Part shown: piece after piece, positions 35,801 through 44,708 of the stretch
Numbering within the stretch: the first letter of the stretch is position 1
Layout: each line of letters opens with the position of its first letter
Origin: a virus
Direction: 5' to 3' (one strand)
Virus record (IMG/VR): IMGVR_UViG_3300027801_002517
Coordinates: 1 to 64,000 of that record
DNA: 64,000 nt
The notes under the pieces: model-generated
The model's input: the letters and a program-made list of their open reading frames with translations, nothing else
What the model was told of the DNA's origin: nothing
Database searches by the model: none
Position numbers and translations under genes: made by a program

Positions 35801-37720
35801 AGAAATTTATCTTTTACAGAATCTTCTGCTCTTAGTGAATCAGAATTACCTTTGTCAACTCAATTTCTTTTAGCCCCAAAAGATTTAAGCACTATCGTTG
35901 ATTACAATGGTAGAATGAAATGTTATGTTAGATATGACAATAGTCAATTTTTGGATATGAGTACAGTATCTAAAGATAAGATCGTACAGCAGTCACAAGG
36001 GGATAGAGGTTTTATCCCTGATATTATGGAGGAATTAGAAAATACAAATCCTGCTCATGTTAATAAAATTAAAATGAATAGAGAGAAGAATTTGAATGCA
36101 ATAGATACTCCAAAAACTGTTACATTTGTTTCGTGTGATATTGATGCTCAATTGTATATGTGTCCAAAGCCCTCTGGTTCACAAGTTACTGTTTATGGCA
36201 GGAATGTAGAATATGTAGCAAATGAAAGACCATTACAATTTAAAGAGGAATCTTCTGGATGTTATAAACCAGTCATTCAAAATCAATATAGAATATATTC
36301 GCCAAGTACCAATGGTGGTGCTGATGGTCAGGTTGTAGAAAATACAGATTTCCAAAGAACATATAATGAATATTTAGATGCTCATTTAATCGATACTGAA
36401 AAAGAAAATCTTGATCCAGATCATGTATATGCCTTAATTACTATACCTGGTAGAATTAAGCCTATCATAGATTCTAGATACAACGATGCAGAACTTTATG
36501 CTGTCAATGCACCCGTGATTAAACATAATTTGACTCAAGATGTGGTGCGAGGCCCGAAGGGTTTTGAAAAACCAGCACCTGCTGTAAATAGGGATGAATT
36601 TACTTTTGACTGTCCATTAGCATTAAGTGATTTTAACAAATTGGATGAAGCGGGAATAACTAATGCAGAAAAAGCAAAAACACTTTTAAATTGGCAAAAA
36701 CAGGAGTTTAAACAGTTCAATGCCGGTATAAGAGCACAACGAGAAGTTATGAATTCTGCATCTCAAGGGAATGAAGATTTTAATGTAAGCAAGTCACAGC
36801 CTTCACCAGTATATCCAGATTTAGTTGCTATGCCATTACTTTCTAACGAAAGGTGCTATGGACCTTGGATGTCTGCGAGTATTATAGATTCCAATGCTTC
36901 AGTAAGATACTCAAATATAGGTGGTAAAGTAGAATTTGTCAAGGATGAAAATCTTGCTCCTTGGAATTTTGCTGGTTATCAATTAATGAACGAGGCTGGG
37001 TCGTTACAGGCTCAATTTTCTAATAGCCTATTATTGTTTGGTGAAAAGGGTAGTTTCTCTATGCCTGAAGCACCAACTGGATTATCTATTGCTGCAGCAT
37101 TAAAAGCTGGTGGTCCTCTTGTCACTTCTATTAATGTTTCTGTTGGTGATTCAAGTATTCGTACCAGTGTAAATATGGATCTATATACTTCACGGTTTGG
37201 TAAATTACAGAAACAAAAAGAAGAATTAATCGGCAAAATTTCGAGAGAAAGACAAAAAATTATTGATCAGAATAATAGTATGGTTCGTCAAGGAATTGGT
37301 AAATCATTTTCGAATGTTAACTTAGCGGCTCCACTATTACAAACAGGGGAAATTTTAGAGAGGGCTGCGGAAGATATGGATACTGTATTTAATCAATTAA
37401 TGTCGAATCAAACGGTGTCTTTTAAGTCTCGTGTTGATGTTACGTCAGCTAGGGGTATAAATGGTAGTCCAACAACAGTACTGAATCGTGGGCAAAGTGC
37501 TGCGACTGAGGGTGATTCAGATGGAATAAGAACAGAGGCTAATTTATCTTCAGCGGCAAGACATTCACGAAAAGATAAAAGGTTTAATAAACGCCCTGGT
37601 GATGACACAGAAATATTCTCCGCAGATGGGAGGAGTAGTTCTCAATTTATTGATGGTGAAGGAATGGATAATATGGACCTAAATGATGTTAGTGATTTAT
37701 TCGGTGAACAAGTTGTATAG
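32861..37720 (+). CDS. Large tail-tip / baseplate-hub-like protein
   Basis: TFLGASIRSFNISAGFGDTSSQLSVDLV...FGGILQSY...LNVTDPREIL hub-like N-terminus; C-terminal coiled coil. Confidence 0.5.
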   Translation: MSDYSVIPPSAVYGNDWPDHHVLPQGKGGSISQAGWTEETQGFPQQTFLGASIRSFNISAGFGDTSSQLSVDLVNDEYNKSDGLPAGQGDDVYHSGLLDTFRPPVVGTPVYFKFGKNFATIDQSYRKTLDDTYNESTIPSVIDFPTVTTNGDITQIPGDNYFLRDTTGTGANTVHTWVDKSSLLDATNNSRGKDHFVFGGILQSYTQTKGPNGNPLYSLNVTDPREILSNASVILNNYQGTTFNNKNLFNVYGFLEYDVSDELKEEIEGTDVLPNTDLESKNILTKNVDAQGIITYTGDDTYSFNSLPFSISNLPPSFPITGQGFARRGDQGIPWYRVDQALTALFGFNGALPDEYVNAGFGGTIDFRGYKYVVDFTGIPLEKIPQMYFMDFDQLTLMDLAQELADVISHDLFVSLLPVIDHPAYSWLYNLNQYNIDNGNTTDVITGVIRIDAIDRSVQPDYGSIKSYIDDLAVNGVEVENQDVGFELSNVTTDKFVVGANEVDMFYFTNHRDRNNLQLRRKNNGLPNDFELLEETQWDLETSLKQQILPFYGFLGKSAVTIPRGFGAYQQILLDTSKLNAYGVGNYYITTELELRNALSSYQDWAKFLTDYSELYIEDLSADQQFYKGYAGAALVNLQDDASMQSLLDKYSETSDRNRLALEAIKNGNYGVTVPRCLFNSDKDFMGNDGYPASPCSPPYGYPLYYKRAEKIGIFQAASADFGAPYLKIQSNYEELKKRLADKLDNGSIVVEEDDLSDVLEDIISGTMDDIDISSLSAGSLKSLYGEFEEGRKITKDYKNFYQLVGQTVRAANVLTSNKSYIAAVTDIGLDGEKNAKKVYAFLKRIAEENLGKKFLVKIPKACNLSYDSKFEFDTSEVEIEKGPFGFKPQPINFDAGYSSSTEFNIEISGLLTQIQTIDVNQGTSAMSSRELFNHYLDKDAKAEYTYGALKNNYNPVSEKWEFNYQPATNGGFFNFALHNRNLSFTESSALSESELPLSTQFLLAPKDLSTIVDYNGRMKCYVRYDNSQFLDMSTVSKDKIVQQSQGDRGFIPDIMEELENTNPAHVNKIKMNREKNLNAIDTPKTVTFVSCDIDAQLYMCPKPSGSQVTVYGRNVEYVANERPLQFKEESSGCYKPVIQNQYRIYSPSTNGGADGQVVENTDFQRTYNEYLDAHLIDTEKENLDPDHVYALITIPGRIKPIIDSRYNDAELYAVNAPVIKHNLTQDVVRGPKGFEKPAPAVNRDEFTFDCPLALSDFNKLDEAGITNAEKAKTLLNWQKQEFKQFNAGIRAQREVMNSASQGNEDFNVSKSQPSPVYPDLVAMPLLSNERCYGPWMSASIIDSNASVRYSNIGGKVEFVKDENLAPWNFAGYQLMNEAGSLQAQFSNSLLLFGEKGSFSMPEAPTGLSIAAALKAGGPLVTSINVSVGDSSIRTSVNMDLYTSRFGKLQKQKEELIGKISRERQKIIDQNNSMVRQGIGKSFSNVNLAAPLLQTGEILERAAEDMDTVFNQLMSNQTVSFKSRVDVTSARGINGSPTTVLNRGQSAATEGDSDGIRTEANLSSAARHSRKDKRFNKRPGDDTEIFSADGRSSSQFIDGEGMDNMDLNDVSDLFGEQVV

Positions 37721-37734
37721 TTAGGATTAATATT

Positions 37735-40700
37735 ATGGCAGATACACATACAATTACAACTACAAATCCCATAATGATCGATATTGGACTTGGGTCTTTT
37801 ACGACGGGTGTCTTGTATAATTGGGTTACTGATGAAAATGGTGCTAATTTAATTAATATTACACCAGATTACTGGGATGCTTTCTTTGACCAGCCCAATG
37901 ATCCTCTCGCTGCGATGCGACATATTCTAACACAAAATGTTCCAGCGGGAAGTGATAATCAGTTTTATATTAAAACCACCAGACCAAAAGATAGGACATT
38001 TGAAAATAAAATCTATACTAATCTCGATGCTGATACTACATATATTTCTAACTGGAAGTATAATGTAAACAATTTAAGCTATTCTTTTAATAGTCTCAGG
38101 ATTGGTGATTTTTCATCTGGTGCTGGAGAATATGCGGATAAGATAACTCCTATCATCCAGATGAGCGAGTGGGTGAATGACAAAAGACATATAAATGAAA
38201 CTACATATCCTGCTCGTGCTGTATTCTTTAGAGATATTCGTCTAAGTAAATCTAAAGGGATTACTTGGACTAACAATGTAGATATTCGTCTACCCGGATC
38301 TGATCAAGTATGTACTATTCCAGTTGAATGGAAACTTGTTTTACAGCAAAAGAAACCTCGTAGAAGTCATGTAGCTGCTACTAAAAATCCAGTTTTTTCT
38401 ATCTCTAATCAAAATTCATTAGGTCAACAATCTGGTGGTAGAGATGACGATGGTCGTCAAATCGGTAGTAAACGAGCTGCTGGTGAATTATCTATGTGGA
38501 GAGATCCTGTTTCTGGTAAAATGCGTGCTGGAAATAAATTGGTTATGGCTGTAATGACTACTGATCTTGCTTCTGCTCCAGCACCTGAAAATGGAGTTGA
38601 AGCTACTCCCAAGGATTCTCAAGATCCCGTCAAAGGGCAAGGGAAAACCTTTGGAAGAGCAAGACCCATTGTTATGAAGGATGGTAATGCTTTTGATTGG
38701 GGTCCAGAATACAAATATAAAAACTCTTGTGGACTTACTACTGATGAAAAAAATGAATTATATGATGTTCAAGTAATAAATGTATTTTCAAATGTTTCCT
38801 TCGTTAAGGGTGAACAGGTAATGTTGACCGATAACGGTGCGGAGGGGGTTTGGCAACCTTTAAAAATAGGTACTACAGATGCCGCTGGAGTTACGCCAGA
38901 GGTCAATGGGTGGGAATTTATGTATTTAGCATCAAATTCAACTCATTATTTTCGCACTGCACCTGTTTTCTCCGTCCTTGGTACACCTGTTGGAGGAGGG
39001 ACTCTCCTTAATTTTTCATCTTATGAAAGTGCTATATATGATTTATATTATGATATCAATAGACATGACAGTATAATTTTAAATGTAGCCGATAGAATAA
39101 TTGCGGTAGGTACAGCAAATGTCGCAGAAAATGGCTATGTACAGTTAACATCTTTTGATTTTATGGGAGATAGTGTTGGGGGTTTAAGAGGTGCTAAACA
39201 CGCATTGTCAAATACTCAATTTGGAGCAAGAGTAGATAAAGAAGAAATACACGCAATTAATGATAGATTACCAGGCAATACAACTTCTCCGTTTTTTGGT
39301 TGTGTATTTCCAGGTGGATATACTGGTGGTGAAAAGTATACAAGTTATAATACCCAGCTTAATACTCCTCTTGTAGCCACAAATTCAAATTACATAAAAA
39401 CTGTTCCTATTGGGGAAACACCATTTAGTGCTGGCAACTCTGCTAGAACTGGTAATAATTTGGAAACACCGGGGGATATGTTTTCGTCATTTACTGATGA
39501 AACACTTAAAAATCTACCAGCAGATATAGCATTAAATGCTAATTCTGCCAGTACAAATGGTGCTCCAATTCCTATATTAACAGAATTACACCACGCAGCA
39601 AAATATAGAGACAATTATTTACCAGCTACCAGTGACAATGGTGGTTCATTTAAAAGCCGTTTTAATACTTTTTTATCTGATGAATCCAAAAGATGGGCGT
39701 GGTTAAAGACCGCAGATGAAACACCTGCTTATGATTTTGTACCTTTAGATAAAACAACTATACAATTTCGCCCATTAAAAGCAGAGGTTTATGCTTCTCT
39801 TGAGGTTAATGGTGTAGCTTTTCCAAATCTATTTGCTAAAGAATTAGGTAGATTTGGTAGTCAAGAGTGGAAATTATTAGATGATAATTTAGGACCAATA
39901 TCAGATGCAGTGTTGACTCGTGCTGGAACTGGTGGAATTATTGGTCCTCATGGGCAAGGTGCTATAGACTCTTTTGCTTATGGAGTTAAAGACGGTCTTC
40001 TTAATTTACCACCAGATTCAACTGATTATCCATTTCCATATTGGGTTTGGACTAATCAAGGTGACTGGTTGACTTTTGACGAACGACCTGCTGGTGCGGT
40101 TGGTGTTATTGGTGCTAAATGTACAGTTACTGCTACTAATGTTATTACATTCCAAACGGAAAATAATTATGGTATGGATGATTATAAATCAGAGGGAACG
40201 ATTACAAATCCAGCCGGTATAAATCATTCATCGTTTCGTAATGGTACTTATTCTGATTTAAATTGTACAGAAATGTTTGTAAGAATATATCACGCACATC
40301 CTCGACATCTAACTATTTACGACCCAAGATACTTCGCCATACATCATTTTGCTGATGGACCAGGAGATACTGTAATTGGGAAAACTTATTATAACGGCTC
40401 CAGTGAAATCGAATACGCCGACACACCAATAGATCTGCTCAATGCCACTTTTGGAGACCCACCCGAAGAGTATACACAAGCCGCTGATGATAATACTATT
40501 GGTTATCCAAATAACTATTATATATCTGACTCACTAACATATGACGGTGGTGTTGATGTTAGAGTGCCCACATTAATTGGGAACCTTGGTGGGGACCAAG
40601 AACTTGGTGTTATACCTAATATAGGCGAAGAGGTCTATTCAGATTCTCCGTATAGAGAATATAATGACTGGCAGGTTCAAGGTGCTCATCGTGGCAATTT

Positions 40701-41517
40701 ATTGCCTTCTATATCTACAGCAAGGACTATTGGTTTAGGGGGTTGGGGAATTGAATATGATGATACTAGTGGCAGTACAGGAGGCACAGGTTATAGTGAA
40801 TCTGATAGATTTACTACGGACGGTGGCAATGGTACTGGTATTCTTCTAAAACCAATTCTTAATAATGGCTCTATTACCACTTTTGAAGTTGTTGATGGAA
40901 AATTAGGTTATAATTTTAGACCTGGTGATTTCTTTTCTGAAGAAATTTTACAGAATGATGAACATAGTTGGGATTCAGCTCAAGTGAAAATTGTTCCAAC
41001 TGGTACTGTGACTGGAAAAGATCTCAAAGCTTATATTGCTTTTGGTATAATCACTGATTCTCCAACTACTATTAATAGACCCGCAGAAGCTTCGAGTTCT
41101 TCATTTACTAAAATAACTGGTAGTGTTCCTACACATCCTTCGTTTAGCCCTATATTTAACCAAATGTATACTGGCACAGATTCAGTACCAGTAGAAATTA
41201 CTAATCCCAGCTCAGACAATAAATATGATGTATTTTTACATTTTCATAATGATATTTCACACACATTTGGGCAAACTATGACTGCAGCTTTTGTACCTAC
41301 TGCTATAGACCAAGTAATTCAACTTAAGATGATACCAGATGGTTCAGCGAGTAGTGCAGCATCCGCTTCTAGCAGTGCCAGTTCAAGTTCAAGTTATGCT
41401 GATAGTAATGCTGCTACAAGTTCTGCTGTCTCTAACATTCGATCTCAAGCATTTCAGAATACTCTAACTGGTGGAAATGCTGGTGTTGTAAGGTCTACTA
41501 GCCTCTTTGGTTTTTAA
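37735..41517 (+). CDS. Large tail-associated structural protein
   Basis: AGGA SD; GGTGY...GGNGTG...NGSIT...GYNF motif common in phage tail/baseplate proteins; Ser/Ala low-complexity tail. Confidence 0.6.
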   Translation: MADTHTITTTNPIMIDIGLGSFTTGVLYNWVTDENGANLINITPDYWDAFFDQPNDPLAAMRHILTQNVPAGSDNQFYIKTTRPKDRTFENKIYTNLDADTTYISNWKYNVNNLSYSFNSLRIGDFSSGAGEYADKITPIIQMSEWVNDKRHINETTYPARAVFFRDIRLSKSKGITWTNNVDIRLPGSDQVCTIPVEWKLVLQQKKPRRSHVAATKNPVFSISNQNSLGQQSGGRDDDGRQIGSKRAAGELSMWRDPVSGKMRAGNKLVMAVMTTDLASAPAPENGVEATPKDSQDPVKGQGKTFGRARPIVMKDGNAFDWGPEYKYKNSCGLTTDEKNELYDVQVINVFSNVSFVKGEQVMLTDNGAEGVWQPLKIGTTDAAGVTPEVNGWEFMYLASNSTHYFRTAPVFSVLGTPVGGGTLLNFSSYESAIYDLYYDINRHDSIILNVADRIIAVGTANVAENGYVQLTSFDFMGDSVGGLRGAKHALSNTQFGARVDKEEIHAINDRLPGNTTSPFFGCVFPGGYTGGEKYTSYNTQLNTPLVATNSNYIKTVPIGETPFSAGNSARTGNNLETPGDMFSSFTDETLKNLPADIALNANSASTNGAPIPILTELHHAAKYRDNYLPATSDNGGSFKSRFNTFLSDESKRWAWLKTADETPAYDFVPLDKTTIQFRPLKAEVYASLEVNGVAFPNLFAKELGRFGSQEWKLLDDNLGPISDAVLTRAGTGGIIGPHGQGAIDSFAYGVKDGLLNLPPDSTDYPFPYWVWTNQGDWLTFDERPAGAVGVIGAKCTVTATNVITFQTENNYGMDDYKSEGTITNPAGINHSSFRNGTYSDLNCTEMFVRIYHAHPRHLTIYDPRYFAIHHFADGPGDTVIGKTYYNGSSEIEYADTPIDLLNATFGDPPEEYTQAADDNTIGYPNNYYISDSLTYDGGVDVRVPTLIGNLGGDQELGVIPNIGEEVYSDSPYREYNDWQVQGAHRGNLLPSISTARTIGLGGWGIEYDDTSGSTGGTGYSESDRFTTDGGNGTGILLKPILNNGSITTFEVVDGKLGYNFRPGDFFSEEILQNDEHSWDSAQVKIVPTGTVTGKDLKAYIAFGIITDSPTTINRPAEASSSSFTKITGSVPTHPSFSPIFNQMYTGTDSVPVEITNPSSDNKYDVFLHFHNDISHTFGQTMTAAFVPTAIDQVIQLKMIPDGSASSAASASSSASSSSSYADSNAATSSAVSNIRSQAFQNTLTGGNAGVVRSTSLFGF

Positions 41518-41529
41518 ATTAATAAATAA

Positions 41530-41546
41530 CATTTTCCGTGTATAAT
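41530..41546 (+). promoter_or_regulatory. Putative late promoter CATTTTnnGTGTATAA
   Basis: cattttcc-gtgtataat; matches the motif at 4723; AGGAGA SD follows. Confidence 0.55.
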
Positions 41547-41579
41547 ACAATATAATGACCTTCTTTTAGGAGAATTTAA

Positions 41580-42320
41580 ATGGCAGCTATTACATTTCAT
41601 ATAAATAACTTTGAAGCGGCAGCAAATCAGACTACTGAAGCTACATTGATTCGACATGACCTTGGTTCAGGTCTTGGTTTCTATGGTGGTGGATTTGGTA
41701 TTTCCGTGCCTGTTGCTGGCTATCAAGATACAACTTTCGTCACCAGTGCTGATGGTACTACTCAGGCGGTTCAGACGCAGAATACAAAATATGTTTCAGA
41801 AAGTGGCTTATCTTTCAATAGTGCTGGTTCTGCTGGTACATCTGGTATTCCTAACTTTAAAGCACCACTCAATATTAGATTTACTCATGATTCTGCTGTT
41901 AGTGTTCAGAATTGTAAATTGAGAATTTTTGATAGAAGTGATATTGGAACTCATGCTACTGAGGTTACTACTAAAGCTTATGAATTGAGACATCCTAATC
42001 CTCTTGATGGACATAGTGCTGATAAAGGACATTTAGCACATCGTGGTTCAGCTAATCACGGCTGGACAGAATATGACCCTACAGAAGGTGGCACTCCACC
42101 CGATTTGACTTTAACAGCATCTCCTGGTACAAGTGGATTAAATACTACAGCGGGTGATGTACTACCTACAGGTGATGGGTCTTATTTCAATCATCTGACT
42201 AAAGAAGGTGCAGCCCACCAAGCTACAAGGCACGATTGGTATTTAGCATTATCTGCTTCTCCAACTACCATTGGTAGTAAAACAAACTATGGATTATACT
42301 TCACTTTAGAGTATATTTAA
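41580..42320 (+). CDS. Putative virion structural protein
   Basis: Own promoter-like motif and strong SD; Gly/Thr/Ser-rich beta protein ending HDWYLALSASP...GLYFTLEYI. Confidence 0.6.
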   Translation: MAAITFHINNFEAAANQTTEATLIRHDLGSGLGFYGGGFGISVPVAGYQDTTFVTSADGTTQAVQTQNTKYVSESGLSFNSAGSAGTSGIPNFKAPLNIRFTHDSAVSVQNCKLRIFDRSDIGTHATEVTTKAYELRHPNPLDGHSADKGHLAHRGSANHGWTEYDPTEGGTPPDLTLTASPGTSGLNTTAGDVLPTGDGSYFNHLTKEGAAHQATRHDWYLALSASPTTIGSKTNYGLYFTLEYI

Positions 42321-42357
42321 GCCGTCACCATTATTTCTTATTATTCGACGGTCATTA

Positions 42358-42393
42358 TTAAACCCCCGCCCATGAGGACGGGGGTTTTTTATT
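42358..42393. terminator. Bidirectional intrinsic terminator between convergent modules
   Basis: aaacccccg-cccatgagga-cgggggttt followed by a T-run on +, with an A-run on the other side. Confidence 0.85.
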
Positions 42394-42397
42394 TGGT

Positions 42398-42733
42398 CTA
42401 TTCGTTCTTCTCAGTCTTTGGATTCCACTTGGTCCATCCACCATCAGGTAGCCAGTTACCCTCAACATCTTTACGACGTGGGAACAATCCACCACCCTTC
42501 TTGTGGGAACCAAATGCAAGTTTAGCACCACAATCCATACAACGAACTTCGTAATATAGGTTGTCGTCCACATTCCTCACTACAAATCGTACATTCTCTG
42601 ATCCGCATTTGCCACACTTGGTTTCTTCAAAAACCTCCTGAAACTTAGATAGATCTTCGAATACATTCTTTGCAGAATCACCTTCTAATTCTACTGTTAA
42701 TCTACCATTTCCCGTTGTGTAATTTACTCTCAT
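42398..42733 (-). CDS. Zn-ribbon protein
   Basis: CGKC...CMDC pairs. Confidence 0.75.
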   Translation of the reverse strand: MRVNYTTGNGRLTVELEGDSAKNVFEDLSKFQEVFEETKCGKCGSENVRFVVRNVDDNLYYEVRCMDCGAKLAFGSHKKGGGLFPRRKDVEGNWLPDGGWTKWNPKTEKNE

Positions 42734-43501
42734 TTAATTTCTCCAGTCACTGTTATAGCCAATAATAGACTTAGGGATTGACGATGCATCACGTTGGAAG
42801 GAATTTAACTTTTCGATAGCCGCACTGGCTTGTTTCTTAGTTACTTTTCTACTCACAGATACACTAAACACTTCTTTAAATAAATTGCTTGCATTAATGT
42901 CTAATTGCTTACATTTTACATTAATATGATTACTTTGTGGATCAGTCATTCTTGACGAATCTTGATATTCACCAGCGGTTGGTTCCTCAACCGTTTTTCC
43001 ACGACTAATACTACGTACTACTTGTGCAGTATCTTTCTTGGTTACCTCTTCAGCAGCCACAGCACGTAGTCTGAGAGCCTTCCTCAAAGCTCTGGCTTCT
43101 GCACGGGTTCCAGCCGTAGCGACTGAGAAGGCACAAAATGTATCGTCTGTGTTGCCCTCCCAGCAATCTGCTACATCACCAAAAGATTGTCCGTTCATAA
43201 ACTCGATTTTCCATACTACAGTAGCACGTCCATGAGAATGGTCATCTTTAGGTGGGAACACCTGTACAGGTCCACTACTTCTTACTGGTCCTAAAATTAA
43301 CTCTGCTACTCGTCGTAAGCCAGCAGATAATGGCATACCATCGATTAGCTCGTTAGATTCGAACAAACTGATCACATAATCATTCCATTCTGGAGATGTT
43401 ATATGTGGTGCATCTTCCAATACAATGTCCGTTACAGATGTATCAGTATTCATTGGTGAATCTAATGTAACACTATCAAATAAATCTCTTTCCTCATTCA
43501 T
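42734..43501 (-). CDS. Putative single-strand annealing protein (Rad52/Sak-like fold)
   Basis: GLRRVAE...ATV...GDVAD...ATAGTRAEARALRKAL core; C-terminal MTDPQ...TKKQASAAIEKL helical domain. Confidence 0.55.
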   Translation of the reverse strand: MNEERDLFDSVTLDSPMNTDTSVTDIVLEDAPHITSPEWNDYVISLFESNELIDGMPLSAGLRRVAELILGPVRSSGPVQVFPPKDDHSHGRATVVWKIEFMNGQSFGDVADCWEGNTDDTFCAFSVATAGTRAEARALRKALRLRAVAAEEVTKKDTAQVVRSISRGKTVEEPTAGEYQDSSRMTDPQSNHINVKCKQLDINASNLFKEVFSVSVSRKVTKKQASAAIEKLNSFQRDASSIPKSIIGYNSDWRN

Positions 43502-44265
43502 AATTCAACCTCAATAAAGCGTTTAGATTTAGACGGAAAACTTTCCTTAATAGACTCTAAATGTTCAATAATATTATCAAGCAGTTTTTTAGTTCTACTT
43601 AACGATGCAGCATTTAATGCCTTAACTCTTATAACAACAAATCCTCTTGATAGCAATGTTCCATTTTTCTTTAGATCAAACTTTTCTTGTTTTCTTAAAT
43701 GATCATCTCCCCATATTGGTAAAAAATGTGATGGACCGTCTACCTCTATTATAGTCTTCAAATCAGGAATGTACATATCTATTTCTAATTTTTCCATAGG
43801 AATTAAATTTTCGTTATGGAAGTCTACTGAGTATCCTGCTGAAGATAATCCCTTCAAAATTTCTTTTTCAAGCTTTGACCCTTCTTTAGCTGTCCTACGA
43901 ATTGCATTAATGCCAGATGAGATCATTTTTTGTTTGTCTTCTTCTGATCTGGATTCCCATCTTTTTCGGGCTTCTTCTGCTCTTCTCTGTTTGACATCTA
44001 CATCCATATCATCCCAATAACCCTCCATGCTACTGCTGATTTTTAATTTTTCAGCTTCGGTTCTAATTTTCCCCTTTGTTGGGTGTGTAGACGTACCCTT
44101 TTCCAAAGAAACCTTTTGAGCTTCACTGGCATTTCTGGTTTCAATACCATTTTTTATTAATGTCCTTCGGATTTTATTGGGGTATGTCTGTAGCTTTTTT
44201 GCTATTTCGTGTGTACTGTGACCATCTTCATACATAGTGATGATTTTATTATCTATTTTGCTCAT
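43498..44265 (-). CDS. Free-standing homing-type endonuclease (HTH + NUMOD3-like + DUF559/Vsr-like nuclease)
   Basis: N-terminal HTH (STHEIAKKL), RTEAEKLKISSSM repeat-like motif, SKLE...EIDMYIPDLKTIIEVDGPSHF. Confidence 0.8.
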   Translation of the reverse strand: MSKIDNKIITMYEDGHSTHEIAKKLQTYPNKIRRTLIKNGIETRNASEAQKVSLEKGTSTHPTKGKIRTEAEKLKISSSMEGYWDDMDVDVKQRRAEEARKRWESRSEEDKQKMISSGINAIRRTAKEGSKLEKEILKGLSSAGYSVDFHNENLIPMEKLEIDMYIPDLKTIIEVDGPSHFLPIWGDDHLRKQEKFDLKKNGTLLSRGFVVIRVKALNAASLSRTKKLLDNIIEHLESIKESFPSKSKRFIEVEL

Positions 44266-44708
44266 GTTAACACCTCTAATAATTCTATAGCATCAATGTG
44301 CTCAAATTGGTGTACTGGTTTCTTACCAGTAATTCTGTAAAATTCCTTTGAATCCTCTTCGTCTTCGGTAATAACGTCTATAGTATTTGAAACTTCTAAA
44401 ACTTTTAGTATATCTTTATCATCCCATCTATTGTAGATATGGAAGAGTTTAAATTTGTTCACAATTTTATTGGCACTAAATGCATTATTCAGTGATGTTG
44501 TGAACAATGTTCCCGTGAAGTTCCACATATCCGCAGCGTTAAACATCCCAAAAGCTGGAATTAGAGGATTGTAATCAATATCATTATAGAACAGACTAGC
44601 ATCCTTTATTTTTCTACGTCGAATACTGCTATTGAGAGTTTTGAAAATATCTATGTTGCGATTTTCCGTATTTACTTTGTCTATATAAAAACCAATATTC
44701 TTAAGCAT
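44262..44708 (-). CDS. Hypothetical protein, possible degenerate glycosyltransferase-like domain
   Basis: NIGFYI N-terminal strand; end of the glycan operon; no clear catalytic motif. Confidence 0.4.
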   Translation of the reverse strand: MLKNIGFYIDKVNTENRNIDIFKTLNSSIRRRKIKDASLFYNDIDYNPLIPAFGMFNAADMWNFTGTLFTTSLNNAFSANKIVNKFKLFHIYNRWDDKDILKVLEVSNTIDVITEDEEDSKEFYRITGKKPVHQFEHIDAIELLEVLT

